Positions 41,122-51,643 are shown, counted from the stretch's first letter. The stretch is DNA of 64,000 bases from Minisyncoccota bacterium (GCA_035531495.1 DATKSU010000017.1:2668-66667); one strand, 5' to 3'. Notes: generated by a model not told the origin, from the sequence alone. Program-made: numbers and translations.

Positions 41122-41775
41122 ATGAAAACATCAACGCTTATATGGCTCGCCGTCATCATCATCGTCCTCGGCGGCTGGTACTGGTGGTCGCACCAGGGTT
41201 CAGGCTCGCAGCTCGCCAACCCGGCGTCGGTCAACTGCACGCAGACGCTCGGCGGAACGCTCGAGATTGTCGATGAAGCGAACGGCCAGGTCGGCTATTG
41301 CCACCTTCCGGACGGCCGCGTCTGCGAGGAGTGGGCGCTCTACCAGGGCGGGACGTGCACGCCGCCCGCCGCAACCTCGACGCCGTCCACCACGACGAGC
41401 GCCACGTCGAGCCCGGGCATCCTGTATGCATCCGGAACTCCCCTCCTCGGGCACGCCGCCACGACGAGCGTCGGCTCGTATCTCACGGCTTTCAACGGCA
41501 TGACGCTCTACACGTTCGCGAACGACACGACGGGCGTCTCCAACTGCTCGGGCATCTGCGCGGCCATCTGGCCGCCGTACCTCGTGACGAACCGGAGCCC
41601 GCTCACGGACGTGCAGCCGGGCGTCTCGGGGAAGGTGAGCGTCATCACGCGTACGGACGGGACCATGCAGGTGACGTACAACGGCATGCCGCTCTACTTT
41701 TATAAGAGCGATACGGCGCCCGGCGACACGAGCGGGCAAGGCGTAAAGGGCGTCTGGTCGGTCGCGAAACCCTAG
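41122..41775 (+). CDS. DUF333 plus Lipoprotein_15 (COG4315) domain protein
   Basis: LANPASVNC..GG..GYCHLPDGRVCEEWALY; GMTLYTFAND, CAAIWPP, QVTYNGMPLYFY. Confidence 0.85.
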   Translation: MKTSTLIWLAVIIIVLGGWYWWSHQGSGSQLANPASVNCTQTLGGTLEIVDEANGQVGYCHLPDGRVCEEWALYQGGTCTPPAATSTPSTTTSATSSPGILYASGTPLLGHAATTSVGSYLTAFNGMTLYTFANDTTGVSNCSGICAAIWPPYLVTNRSPLTDVQPGVSGKVSVITRTDGTMQVTYNGMPLYFYKSDTAPGDTSGQGVKGVWSVAKP

Positions 41776-41965
41776 CGCGTTCGTCGGGCTGCGGGTCAAC
41801 CGGCGGCGCGCCGGATGAGCGTCGTCGCTATGATGACGAGGAGCCGCAGCGCATCGTGCGAGAAAGAGCCCTGCATCTTACCGATCGCGGCAGCCGCGGC
41901 GCATTTATCCACTTCGCGCGCGCGCCGCGCATCCCGCGCGCGCGCGAAGTGCTACGCTTGAAAGT

Positions 41966-42568
41966 ATGAACAATAAAACAATCGGATGGGTGCTCGTTGC
42001 GGCCGCCGCGCTGCTTATCGTCGCGTGGTTCGCCGCGAGCAGTTCGCAGCCCGCGTCCGCGCCCGGCACGACCGCGACATCGACCGTGCCGACGACCTCG
42101 CCTTCGGCGACGCAAACGCCGAGCGCGCCGCGCGCGACGGGGAGTGGCGCGACGACCGTGCAGAAGGCGCCGGGCGCGCAGCCGCCGAAGCTTGCCGGCG
42201 TGAGCTCGCTCAATTATCTCATCGGGCTCAAGCAGAACCTCCAGTGCTCCGTATACACGGTGGGCACGACGCCGTACCGAACGGGCGCGGTGTACATCGC
42301 GAACGGCGAGCTGCGCGCAGACTTCACGACGACCGTGAGTGGGCAAACCCTGAAGTCGTCGATGATCAATGACGGAACATACCTCTACGTGTGGATGGAA
42401 GCCGGCACCTACGGCACGAAGGTCCTCGCAGCGTCGAGCGTGAGCGGCAGCGTCATGGCAAGCCACGGCGGCGTCGACCCGACGACGAACGTCAACTTCG
42501 CCTGCAACTCCTGGACGCCCGAGACGAGCGTCTTCATGCCGCCTTCGAACATCACGTTCCAATCCTAG
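41966..42568 (+). CDS. membrane-anchored hypothetical protein
   Basis: N-terminal TM, Thr-rich linker, C...G.VYI..ELRADF..DGTYLYVW..C..W..FMPP. Confidence 0.8.
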   Translation: MNNKTIGWVLVAAAALLIVAWFAASSSQPASAPGTTATSTVPTTSPSATQTPSAPRATGSGATTVQKAPGAQPPKLAGVSSLNYLIGLKQNLQCSVYTVGTTPYRTGAVYIANGELRADFTTTVSGQTLKSSMINDGTYLYVWMEAGTYGTKVLAASSVSGSVMASHGGVDPTTNVNFACNSWTPETSVFMPPSNITFQS

Positions 42569-42632
42569 CCGCAGCCGTCCACGGGCGGTTTCGGACAAGG
42601 TAGGGTAGAATGCCCCTACGCGCCGATTCCAT

Positions 42633-43778
42633 ATGCCGCTCGTCACGAAACGCACGCAGAAAGCCGAGCGCGCGCCCGAGGAGCGCACGCGGCAGTGGCT
42701 GTACGGCCTCATCACGCTTCTCGTGTTGCTCGCCGGGTTCACATACCTCTCCTTCTACTCCAATCTCTTCTCGTACGAGTACCGGTCGGAGGCGGCCGGC
42801 GATTCGGTCTTCATTCCGCTGCCGAAGCTCGACAAGGCGGCGTATGACGGCCGCCTCCTCGCGCTCGCGCACCTCGCGACGTCCTCGCCCGCGGCCATCC
42901 GCTGGCTCGCGGCGATGAACGCGACGACCTCGGTCGCGACGTCGACCGGGAAGCTGCCCTTGTGGCCGATGAAGACCGTGTACCCCGAGGCGGGGGCCAT
43001 CCTGCCGTTCCACCGCGTCGTCGCGTACTACGGGAATTTCTATTCGGCGCAGATGGGCGTGCTCGGCGAATATCCGCCGGATCAGGTGCTCGCGATGCTC
43101 GCGAGCACGACCGCCGTATGGGCCGCCGCCGACCCTTCGACGCCCGTCATCCCAGCCATCCAGTACATCGCGGTCGTCGCGCAAGGCGCGGCCGGCAAGG
43201 ATGGGAAATACCGCGCGCGCATGCCGGACGAAGAGATCGACAAGGCGCTCGCGATGGCGGACGAGATCCACGGACTCCTCATCCTCGACGTGCAGGTGGG
43301 GAAGAGCGACCTTCCGGCGGAGCTTCCGCTCTTGAAGCGGTACCTTGCGATGCCGCAAGTCGAGCTCGCCATCGACCCCGAGTTCTCGATGAAATACGGC
43401 AACCCGCCGGGCACCGTCATCGGCACGTATGACGCGAGCGACGTCAACTACGCCGCCGATTACCTCGCGAGCCTCGTCGACGAGTACCATCTGCCGCCGA
43501 AAGTCCTCATCGTGCATCGCTTCACCGAGGATATGGTAACGAATTACCGGAACATACACCCCTTGCCGGAGGTGGAGATAGTGATGGATATGGACGGCTG
43601 GGGTTCTCAGGCGAAGAAGAAGGGCACGTATAACGCGGTCATCTATTCGGAACCGGTGCAGTTCACGGGCATCAAGCTCTTCTATAAGAACGATCTGCGC
43701 CCGCCCTCGACCGGACTCCTCACGCCTGCCCAGGTGCTCGACCTCACGCCGTCGCCCATTTACGTCCAGTACCAGTAG
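42633..43778 (+). CDS. conserved membrane-anchored hypothetical protein (VVAYYG / IDPEF / MDMDGWG family)
   Basis: Single TM; RVVAYYGN, ILDVQVG, LAIDPEF, KVLIVHRF, GIKLFYKND. Confidence 0.8.
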   Translation: MPLVTKRTQKAERAPEERTRQWLYGLITLLVLLAGFTYLSFYSNLFSYEYRSEAAGDSVFIPLPKLDKAAYDGRLLALAHLATSSPAAIRWLAAMNATTSVATSTGKLPLWPMKTVYPEAGAILPFHRVVAYYGNFYSAQMGVLGEYPPDQVLAMLASTTAVWAAADPSTPVIPAIQYIAVVAQGAAGKDGKYRARMPDEEIDKALAMADEIHGLLILDVQVGKSDLPAELPLLKRYLAMPQVELAIDPEFSMKYGNPPGTVIGTYDASDVNYAADYLASLVDEYHLPPKVLIVHRFTEDMVTNYRNIHPLPEVEIVMDMDGWGSQAKKKGTYNAVIYSEPVQFTGIKLFYKNDLRPPSTGLLTPAQVLDLTPSPIYVQYQ

Positions 43779-43798
43779 CGCGGGTGTACAATGCGCGC

Positions 43799-44185
43799 AT
43801 GATCGAGCACGTCTCCATCCCGGTCTCGAACGTACGCCGCGCGAAGATCTTTTACGCGAAGGCGCTCAAGCCCCTCGGTTACCGCATGAATATGGATTTC
43901 GCGGATGCAGCCGGCTTCAAGGCCGACGGCCATACGAGCTTCTGGATAGGGAAGGAGCGCACGGTCGTGCCGACGCACATCGCCTTCCGCGCGAAGAGCA
44001 AGAAGGCCGTCGAGGCATTCTATGCCATCGCGCTCCGGGAGGGCGCGAAGGATAACGGCGCGCCGGGCTATCGCGCGTACAGCCGCGGCTACTATGCTGC
44101 CTTCGTCCACGACGAGGACGGCAACAACGTCGAGGCGGTCTATTTCGACACGAGGATGCCCGCGAAGAAGAGACGGAAGAAATAA
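43799..44185 (+). CDS. VOC/glyoxalase family protein
   Basis: IEHVSIPVSN..FYAKAL, HIAFRA, DNGAPG, YYAAFVHDEDGNNVEAV. Confidence 0.92.
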   Translation: MIEHVSIPVSNVRRAKIFYAKALKPLGYRMNMDFADAAGFKADGHTSFWIGKERTVVPTHIAFRAKSKKAVEAFYAIALREGAKDNGAPGYRAYSRGYYAAFVHDEDGNNVEAVYFDTRMPAKKRRKK

Positions 44186-44221
44186 AAAACGGCCGCGCAG
44201 AGCGCGGCCGGACGGTTTCCC

Positions 44222-44683
44222 TCACAGCGAGGTGAAAGAACCGATAGAGATGAAATCCTTCCCGGGTTCCCGGTAGTAGACCTCCGTCCGGAATTTCCGG
44301 CCGCGGATGGCTTGCGGCATCCAGCGGCTGTCGGCCTCAAGCATATCGTCGAACGGAAGGTCGTCTACGTCGTACCATTGCGGTACCATGCAGGCCGTCT
44401 CGCGCGGCTCGCCCGTGAACGAACCGGTGCGGAAGACATGCACCTCCTGGTGCGGCACGCCGCCGGCGTAGAACGTGATGACGGCGACCTCTTTGAGCTT
44501 ACTCGCGTCGATCGTCACGCCGGCTTCTTCCCGCGCCTCCCGGATGGCGCAGTCAACGAGCGACTCGCCCTCTTCCTGCTTGCCGCCGGGAGCGTTCACC
44601 TTACCTTCGCAGAATCCCTCCTTACTGAGTCCGAGGAGGATCTGCTCGTCCTTGATGATGAGTACAAGTGTCGCGATGCGCAT
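44222..44683 (-). CDS. Nudix hydrolase, 8-oxo-dGTPase-like (SD-led)
   Basis: Nudix box GGKQEEGESLVDCAIREAREEAG; AGGAGG SD; hairpin at 44184-44210. Confidence 0.88.
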   Translation of the reverse strand: MRIATLVLIIKDEQILLGLSKEGFCEGKVNAPGGKQEEGESLVDCAIREAREEAGVTIDASKLKEVAVITFYAGGVPHQEVHVFRTGSFTGEPRETACMVPQWYDVDDLPFDDMLEADSRWMPQAIRGRKFRTEVYYREPGKDFISIGSFTSL

Positions 44684-44733
44684 GGCAGGCCTCCTGGTTG
44701 CGTGCTCCGGCGGTATGGTATCATCGCCCGCAT

Positions 44734-45459
44734 ATGGATACCAACCAATCAAACGGGAACAAGTTCTTTCTGCCGATAGCCGTCATCTTAGCCGGTTTCT
44801 TCATCGCTGGAGCGGTCGTCTGGAACGGTTCGCATCCCTCGGCCGGCACGGCCGGAACGGCGGGCACGGCCGGGACGCCGCCCGCAGCCGCAGTCAACAT
44901 CCAGGACGTGAACACGTCGGGCAGTCCGTACATCGGGCAGCCGAACGCGCAGACGACCATCGCCTTCTGGTCCGACTTCCAGTGCCCGTTCTGCAAGCAG
45001 TTCGAGGTGACGACCTTGCCGCAGATCATTCAGAACTACGTGAACAGCGGCAAGGCGAAGGTCGTCTTCATGGACTATCCTTTCCTCGGCCCGAACTCGA
45101 TGGTGGACGCGGAGTACGCCCGCTCCATCTGGAAGCTCTATCCGGACAAGTACTTCACCTGGCGCTCGGCGTTCTTCAATAGTCAGCCGCAGGAGAACAG
45201 CCTCGATGCGACGCAGAATCTCGCCTTCATCAAGACGACGACGGATTCCGTCTCCGGCCTCGACTGGGCGAAGATCAAGGCGGATGTCGCAGCGAATCAG
45301 ACCGCCTACGACGCGGCCATCAACGCCGACAAGACGGAAGGGCAGAAGTTCGGCGTGAACGCGACGCCGTCGTTCATCATCGGCACGCAGCTCATCGCCG
45401 GCGCGTACCCCTACGCGAACTTCCAGTCGGCCATCGACGCGGCGCTTTCGGGCGGCTAG
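44734..45459 (+). CDS. DsbA/thioredoxin-fold oxidoreductase
   Basis: TM anchor, WSDFQCPFC, GVNATPSF. Confidence 0.92.
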   Translation: MDTNQSNGNKFFLPIAVILAGFFIAGAVVWNGSHPSAGTAGTAGTAGTPPAAAVNIQDVNTSGSPYIGQPNAQTTIAFWSDFQCPFCKQFEVTTLPQIIQNYVNSGKAKVVFMDYPFLGPNSMVDAEYARSIWKLYPDKYFTWRSAFFNSQPQENSLDATQNLAFIKTTTDSVSGLDWAKIKADVAANQTAYDAAINADKTEGQKFGVNATPSFIIGTQLIAGAYPYANFQSAIDAALSGG

Positions 45460-45522
45460 GAGCGCGGCTCGGCATCCGATAACGCGCAACCGGCAAGGCC
45501 GGTTGCGCGTTATCATTCCTGT

Positions 45523-46143
45523 ATGAAGCCTCGCTTCGCTCGCGTTTTCGCGCTCTGGATACCGTTCCTCGTCGCCACGTCCGGCCTCTTCCTGTTTGCG
45601 TACTGGGGGATTCAGCAGCAGTACCGGCAGGACGCGAACAATCCGCAGATACAGATGGCCGAAGACGGCGCAGCGATACTCGACGCGGGCGGCGTGCCCG
45701 CAGCGGTCGTTCCGCGCACGAACCCGTTGTCCGCCGGCGTGCCGACGGTTGACATCACCCGGAACCTTGCGCCCTGGATTGCGGTCTTCGATTCGAGCGG
45801 TACGCCGCTCGAATCCTCGGCGTCCTATGGCGATAAACCGCTCTCGCTCCCGCCGAGGGTCTTCGACACGAGCACGTGGAAGGCGCGCTATGCCGGGTGG
45901 GGCATCGACCTCTCCGTGCCGGACAACGAGACGCGTTTCTCGTGGCAGCCGTCGCCCAGCGCACGGCAGGCCGTCGTCATCGTGCGCGCGAACAACGGCG
46001 ATTTCGTCGTCGCGGGCCGTGCGCTCCGCGAAGTGGAGGACCGTGAGGCGACGCTCACGCATGGCGCCGCCATCCTCTGGGGCGCGACCGAGCTTGGTAC
46101 GCTCGTCGCTCTCGGCATTCTCGTCGCGTTCGGCTGGCTCTAG
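45523..46143 (+). CDS. two-TM membrane protein with an extracytoplasmic domain
   Basis: QQQYRQDANNPQIQMAED..SWQP..VVAGRALREVE between two TMs. Confidence 0.8.
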   Translation: MKPRFARVFALWIPFLVATSGLFLFAYWGIQQQYRQDANNPQIQMAEDGAAILDAGGVPAAVVPRTNPLSAGVPTVDITRNLAPWIAVFDSSGTPLESSASYGDKPLSLPPRVFDTSTWKARYAGWGIDLSVPDNETRFSWQPSPSARQAVVIVRANNGDFVVAGRALREVEDREATLTHGAAILWGATELGTLVALGILVAFGWL

Positions 46144-46174
46144 CGCGCTGGCGCAGTGCTATAGTAGGACGGCC

Positions 46175-46894
46175 ATGAACGTCCTCGCGTTTGCGCTCGC
46201 CGCGTCGATCGCCACCTTCATCGGCGGCTCGTTCGCGCTCAAGTTCCGCGACAAGCTGCATCTCATCCTCGGCTTCTCCGCCGGCGCGGTCGCCGGCGTC
46301 GCCCTGTTCGACCTCCTGCCCGAAGCCATACAGCTCGGGACGAAGTATCATTCCGCAGAGACCGTCGCGCTCGCCGTCGCTGCGGGGCTCTTCGGCTATC
46401 TCGTCCTCGATCGGCTCATCTTCCTTCACTCGCACGACGAGGATAACGGGGAGGCGAACGCGCCGCGCGGCTCCTTCGGCGCGCTCACGCTCTCCGCGCA
46501 TAGCTTCCTCGACGGCATCGCCATCGGCGTCGGCTTCCAGGCGTCGGCCGCCGTCGGCATGGTCGTGACCGTCGCCGTGCTCACGCACGACTTCTCCGAC
46601 GGCATCAACACTGTGAATCTCGTGCTCAGGAACGGCGGCCCGTGGCGGCAGGCCTTCCGCTGGCTCCTCGTCGACGCGGCGGCACCCGTGCTCGGGGCAG
46701 CGTCGACGCTCCTCGTCGCCATCCCCGACTCGGCAATCGGCCTCATCCTCGGCATATTCGTCGGCACGTTCCTCTACCTGTCATCGAGCGACCTCATCCC
46801 GGAAAGCCATCACCGCCATCCGCGCGCCCTCACGACCGTCATGACGCTTTTCGGTGCCGGGCTCCTTTATCTCGTCGTCCACCTTGCAAGTTAG
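46175..46894 (+). CDS. ZIP family metal transporter
   Basis: LGFSAG..DLLPEA, HSFLDGIAIG, HDFSDG, DLIPESH. Confidence 0.9.
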   Translation: MNVLAFALAASIATFIGGSFALKFRDKLHLILGFSAGAVAGVALFDLLPEAIQLGTKYHSAETVALAVAAGLFGYLVLDRLIFLHSHDEDNGEANAPRGSFGALTLSAHSFLDGIAIGVGFQASAAVGMVVTVAVLTHDFSDGINTVNLVLRNGGPWRQAFRWLLVDAAAPVLGAASTLLVAIPDSAIGLILGIFVGTFLYLSSSDLIPESHHRHPRALTTVMTLFGAGLLYLVVHLAS

Positions 46895-46943
46895 GGCGCG
46901 ATAGGGCGTACTAGTAGCTATAGCGGCTTCATCATCATTTCCT

Positions 46944-47639
46944 ATGGAAACCATCACTCTCGATACGAGCAACGCGACCTCGATGCCGGTGCACGCGGCG
47001 CGCCCGAAGGGGAAGGCGACGAAGGGCATCATCGTCGTCCAGGAGGCGTTCGGCGTAAACGATTACATCAAGCGCATCGCCGGACGCTTCGCGAAGCAAG
47101 GATTCCTCGCGGTCGCGCCGGAACTCTTCCACCGCAGCGCGCCGGCCGGTTTCGAAGGCTCGTACACGGACTACCAGGGCATCATGCCGCACATGCAGGC
47201 CTTGACTGACGAGGGCATTCTGGCCGACATAACGGCGGCGTACGAGTGGCTCGCCGCCGAGGGCGTGTCGAAGGACCGCATCGCCGTCATCGGCTTCTGC
47301 ATGGGCGGCCGCGCGAGTTTCCTCGCGAACGCCTCGCTTCCGGTCGCGGCGGCCGTCTCCTTCTACGGCGGCGGCATCGCGCAGACCCTCCTCCCGCGCG
47401 CGAAGAATCTCCATGCGCCGCAGCTCCTCATGTGGGGCGGCAAGGATACGCACATCCTGCCGGAGCACGTGCGCGCGGTCTCCGACGCGCTCACTGCGGC
47501 AGGGAAGCCGTTCGTTGAGGCGACGTTCTCGGAAGCGGGGCACGGTTTCGCGTGCGACGCGCGCGATGCGTACCACAAGCCATCGGCCGACCTCGCGTGG
47601 GTCCTCGCCGACGCGTTCATCGCGGAGCGCCTCCCCTAG
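46944..47639 (+). CDS. dienelactone hydrolase family protein
   Basis: QEAFGVN, GFCMGG, SFYGG, GHGFACD. Confidence 0.93.
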   Translation: METITLDTSNATSMPVHAARPKGKATKGIIVVQEAFGVNDYIKRIAGRFAKQGFLAVAPELFHRSAPAGFEGSYTDYQGIMPHMQALTDEGILADITAAYEWLAAEGVSKDRIAVIGFCMGGRASFLANASLPVAAAVSFYGGGIAQTLLPRAKNLHAPQLLMWGGKDTHILPEHVRAVSDALTAAGKPFVEATFSEAGHGFACDARDAYHKPSADLAWVLADAFIAERLP

Positions 47640-47659
47640 GCGGTGCTATACTGCCTCGC

Positions 47660-47995
47660 ATGAAGCTCTTCTTCCACTGGCTCATCGCCGCGATCGCCAT
47701 CGGCATCACGGCGTACATCGTGCCGGGCGTCTCGATAACGCTCGGCGGCGCGCTCATCGCCGCGGTCGTCCTCGGCGCCTTGAACATCTTCATCCGTCCG
47801 GTGCTCATGCTGCTCGCGTTGCCCATCAACATCCTCACGCTCGGGCTCTTCTCGCTTGTCATCAACGCGCTCCTCGTGATGCTCGCCGCGCTCCTCGTGC
47901 CGGGCTTCTCGATCGCCGGCTTCTGGACGGCGCTCCTCTTCGCGCTCGTCCTTGCCGTCATCAATTGGGTTTTCCACCTCTGGAGCCGCGCCTAG
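47660..47995 (+). CDS. YvlD/phage-holin-4 family membrane protein
   Basis: LNIFIRPVL..LPINILTLGLFSLVINA. Confidence 0.88.
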   Translation: MKLFFHWLIAAIAIGITAYIVPGVSITLGGALIAAVVLGALNIFIRPVLMLLALPINILTLGLFSLVINALLVMLAALLVPGFSIAGFWTALLFALVLAVINWVFHLWSRA

Positions 47996-47996
47996 C

Positions 47997-48209
47997 ATGA
48001 TCGATCCAGAACTCGCCGCGAAGCTCGACGAGATCAGCGCGAAAGCCGACGCCGCCTACCGCGCGGCGGAGACGTCGCGCAAGTATCTCTTCTGGACCGG
48101 CGTCGTGACTGTCGCCCTCATCATCCTGCCGCTCATCGGCCTCGTCTTCGTCATCCCGCAATTCGTGAATACTTACACGACGACCCTGAATGGTATCGGC
48201 GGCTCCTAG
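47997..48209 (+). CDS. small membrane protein
   Basis: MIDPELAAKL..AETSRKYLFW plus a TM. Confidence 0.7.
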   Translation: MIDPELAAKLDEISAKADAAYRAAETSRKYLFWTGVVTVALIILPLIGLVFVIPQFVNTYTTTLNGIGGS

Positions 48210-48820
48210 GCCCGGCGCCTCGCGCGGCGCGAGAAGACAATGGGGAGGAATGAGAGTACGACGATGACGAGCGAGAGCGGCAGCACGTAGTGCTCGCTGC
48301 CGGGCAGGATCGAGCCGAGGAAATAGCCGACTGCGAGGACGCCGGCGCCCCAGAGGGCGCCGCCGAGCGCGTTGTACGCGAGGAAGCGGCCGTAAGTCAT
48401 CGAGCCGGCGCCGGCGAGGATAGGCGCGATAGTGCGGACGATGGGCACGAAGCGTGCGAGCATGACCGTCCGCGCGCCGTATCGCTCGTAGAACTTTTCC
48501 GTACGTTCGATGTATTCCCGCTTGAAGAAGCGGGAATCTTTCTTATTGAAGAGGTTATCGCCCACGTTCGCGCCGAACCAATAGCCGACGGAATCGCCGA
48601 GGATGGCGCACAGGACGACGATGACGACGAGCGTCCCGAAGGAGAGGAAGCCGCCCGCGGCGAGGAGTCCGGCGACGAAGAGGAGGGAATCGCCCGGCAG
48701 GAGGATGCCGATGAGGAGCCCGCTCTCCGCAAAGATGATGCCGGCGATACCGAGGTAGCCGCCCGCCTTCACGATCGCGAGGGGGTCGAGATGTACGCAC
48801 GCGATGAGGAAATTCAGCAT
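48206..48820 (-). CDS. DedA family membrane protein
   Basis: FAESGLLIG..PGDSLLF, GDSVGYWFG, ARFVPIVRT. Confidence 0.93.
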   Translation of the reverse strand: MLNFLIACVHLDPLAIVKAGGYLGIAGIIFAESGLLIGILLPGDSLLFVAGLLAAGGFLSFGTLVVIVVLCAILGDSVGYWFGANVGDNLFNKKDSRFFKREYIERTEKFYERYGARTVMLARFVPIVRTIAPILAGAGSMTYGRFLAYNALGGALWGAGVLAVGYFLGSILPGSEHYVLPLSLVIVVLSFLPIVFSRRARRRA

Positions 48821-48838
48821 TCGCGTGCAGTATACTAG
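48821..48838. promoter_or_regulatory. palindromic bidirectional -10 element AGTATACT (dedA / VirD4-like gene)
   Basis: 18-nt spacer; TATACT is 8 nt before the dedA ATG and 8 nt before ATG 48845. Confidence 0.6.
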
Positions 48839-51643
48839 ATGGAAATGGAATCGGCGCCGACATTGTCCACGCCTGAGGCGGAGCTCGCGTACCTGCGCGA
48901 ACAGGTCGCGCGCAAGGAGGCCGAACTCTCCGCCGCCGGCCGCGCGGACGCGGCTGCCGAGCGCCCGCGGCTCGTCGCCGAGGAGCTGCGCGCGCACCAA
49001 GCGGCGCCAGCCGAGATACTCGCGTCCGCGTACCGCATGAGCGCCACCGAGGCCGCGAGCGCCGCCGAGCGCATTCTCGCCGAACTCGACGTCGGCGACG
49101 AGGCGGACGCGATACGGCAGATACAGCAGGTGCTCGAGGAGAAGGGCATCAAGAACGCGCTCGCCGTGCTCGAGAAGCTCCAGAATCCGCGCATCGGCGA
49201 CGACCTGCACCGCTATCTCGTGCGCTACATCGCAGCCGGATTGCCAATGGCCGCCGGCGGCGAGAAGCTGCCGCAGTTCGCCGCGCTCCGCATGACGCTC
49301 TACGAGATCGCCTTGCCGGAACCGAAGGGCGCGGACGGCGGCGGGCGCGAGAAGTCGCTCAAGGAGCTCATCTCTGCGATGGAGCAGTTCTACGCGGGAC
49401 TCCTCTCGGTCGCCGAAGCGGCGCCCGGCGAGCCCGGCTACTACGCGCTCGAGCTTGCCGTTCCGGCGGAGAGCCCGGAGCTCCAGTTCTACGCGGCGAT
49501 TCCGAACGGCAAACGCAACCTCTTCGAGAAGCAGCTCCTCGCGATGTTTCCGGACGCGCATCTCGTCCCGCAGCCGCTCGATTACAACGTCTTCGCGGCT
49601 GGCGGCGCGTCGCTCGCGTCGGTCGCGCGGCTGGCGGCGAACCCGGCGCTCCCGCTCAAGGATTACGCCGATTTCGATTACGACCCCTTGAACGCCGTCA
49701 CGAACGCCTTCGCGAAGATCGAGCACGTCGGCGAAGGCGCCGCCATCCAGTTCATCATCGAGCCGCGCGGCGAGCGCCACGTCGAGCACTACCGGAAAGT
49801 CCTCCATGCGCTCCAGAAGGGTGAGACGGTCGCGCAGGCGCTCCGGACGCCCGGGACCGTGTTCGGCGAGCTCGCGCGCGACGTCGCGAAGACGTTCTTC
49901 TCGCGGACGCCGGACGAGAAAGGGAAGGAGAAAGCGAAGGAAGACGCAGCGCGTCGCGTCGAGGAGAACAAGCCGACCGCCGAACAGGTGGAGCGCAAGA
50001 TTTCCGCGCCCATCGTCGGTACGACCATCCGCCTCGTGACGTCGTCGAAAGACGCGACGAAGGCGGCGCAGGTGCTCGGCGAGCTTGAGGCGGCATTCAA
50101 CCAGTTCGCGAACACGCGGGGCAACCGGCTCGAGTTCGCGCGCATGACGCCCGGGCAAAAGGGCGCCGCGCGCGTCTTCGAGGACTTCTCGTTCCGCCTG
50201 CCGGAGGCCACCGGGCTGCCCTTATCCTTGCGCGAGCTCACGGCGCTCTACCACTTCCCGCCGTCGGGCGTCGCATCGTCGCCGCACCTGAAGCAGGCGC
50301 GCTTCACGCACGCGCCCGCGTCCCTCTCGCTCTCGAAGGAGGGCGCGCTCCTCGGGACGAATAGTTATCGCGGCCACGACACGGCGGTGTACCTTGACCC
50401 AGAGGACCGGCTGCGGCACCTCTACGTCGTCGGTCAGACGGGTACCGGCAAGACAGGTCTCATGAAGAACCTCATCATCCAGGACATCCGCCGCGGCGAA
50501 GGCTGCTGCTTCATCGATCCGCACGGTAATGACATCTTCGACATCCTCGCGGCCGTGCCGCCTGAGCGCTATGAGGACGTCATTTACTTCGATCCGGCTG
50601 ACCTCTCACGCCCATTCGGCCTCAATTTCCTCGAATACGAGCATTCGCGCCCCGAGCAGAAGACGTTCATCGTGAATGAGCTCCTCGCCATCTTCCGCCG
50701 CCTGTATGGTGACGTGCCGGAGAGCATGGGGCCAGCTTTCGAGCAATACTTCAGGAACGCGACCCTGCTCGTCATGGAAGATCCCTCATCGGGCTCGACC
50801 ATCCTCGATATCGCGCGTGTGCTCTCGAATGCGGAGTTCCGTGCGCTGAAGCTCGCGAAAAGCATGAACCCCATCGTGAACCAGTTCTGGACGGAGATAG
50901 CGACGAAGGCCGGCGGGGAAGCGGCGCTTGAGAACATTGTCCCGTACATCACGAACAAGTTCGACGACTTCACGGCGAACGACTTCATCCGACCCATCGT
51001 CGGGCAGCAGGAATCGTCGTTCAAGTTCCGCGACGTCATGGACAACCGCAAGATCCTCCTCGTGAACCTTTCGAAAGGGCGGCTCGGCGAGCGCAACGCG
51101 AACCTGCTCGGCCTCGTCGTCGTCGGCAAGCTCTTCATGGCCGCGCTCGCGCGCGCCGACAATCCGCGCGCGGCATATCCGCCGTTCTACCTCTACATCG
51201 ACGAATTCCAGAACGTCACGACCGATTCCGTCCCCGGCATCCTCTCCGAGGCGCGCAAATACAAGCTCGCGCTTTCGATGGCGCACCAGTTCCTCGCGCA
51301 GCTCGAGGAGAAGACGCGCGACGCCGTCTTCGGCAACGTCGGCAACATGACGATCTTCCGCGTGGGCGAGGAAGACGCCGAATTCTTCGCCAAGCAGTTC
51401 GCGCCAGTCTTCGGCGCGCCGGATTTCGTGAGCATCGAGAACAGGAGCGCCTATGTGAAGCTGCTCGCGCACGGCGTGCCGCAGAAGCCGTTCGATATCC
51501 GCACGCCGGACCTGCTGGCGGGCAATCCGGCGCAGGTTGACGAGCTTATCCAGCTTTCCGCGCTCACTTACGGCCGCGACCGTGCTACTGTGGAGACGAC
51601 GATCCGCGAACGCTACCTGGGCCGCGCGGCAGCTGCTATATGA
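48839..51643 (+). CDS. VirD4/TraD/TraG-like type IV secretion coupling ATPase
   Basis: RHLYVVGQTGTGKT, FIDPHG, YLYIDEFQN, LSEARKY, AHQFLAQL. Confidence 0.85.
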   Translation: MEMESAPTLSTPEAELAYLREQVARKEAELSAAGRADAAAERPRLVAEELRAHQAAPAEILASAYRMSATEAASAAERILAELDVGDEADAIRQIQQVLEEKGIKNALAVLEKLQNPRIGDDLHRYLVRYIAAGLPMAAGGEKLPQFAALRMTLYEIALPEPKGADGGGREKSLKELISAMEQFYAGLLSVAEAAPGEPGYYALELAVPAESPELQFYAAIPNGKRNLFEKQLLAMFPDAHLVPQPLDYNVFAAGGASLASVARLAANPALPLKDYADFDYDPLNAVTNAFAKIEHVGEGAAIQFIIEPRGERHVEHYRKVLHALQKGETVAQALRTPGTVFGELARDVAKTFFSRTPDEKGKEKAKEDAARRVEENKPTAEQVERKISAPIVGTTIRLVTSSKDATKAAQVLGELEAAFNQFANTRGNRLEFARMTPGQKGAARVFEDFSFRLPEATGLPLSLRELTALYHFPPSGVASSPHLKQARFTHAPASLSLSKEGALLGTNSYRGHDTAVYLDPEDRLRHLYVVGQTGTGKTGLMKNLIIQDIRRGEGCCFIDPHGNDIFDILAAVPPERYEDVIYFDPADLSRPFGLNFLEYEHSRPEQKTFIVNELLAIFRRLYGDVPESMGPAFEQYFRNATLLVMEDPSSGSTILDIARVLSNAEFRALKLAKSMNPIVNQFWTEIATKAGGEAALENIVPYITNKFDDFTANDFIRPIVGQQESSFKFRDVMDNRKILLVNLSKGRLGERNANLLGLVVVGKLFMAALARADNPRAAYPPFYLYIDEFQNVTTDSVPGILSEARKYKLALSMAHQFLAQLEEKTRDAVFGNVGNMTIFRVGEEDAEFFAKQFAPVFGAPDFVSIENRSAYVKLLAHGVPQKPFDIRTPDLLAGNPAQVDELIQLSALTYGRDRATVETTIRERYLGRAAAAI

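Noticed and set aside
47660-47995. Holin-family gene as a sign of a prophage
   Set aside because: YvlD-type proteins are common chromosomal genes, and there are no phage genes nearby.
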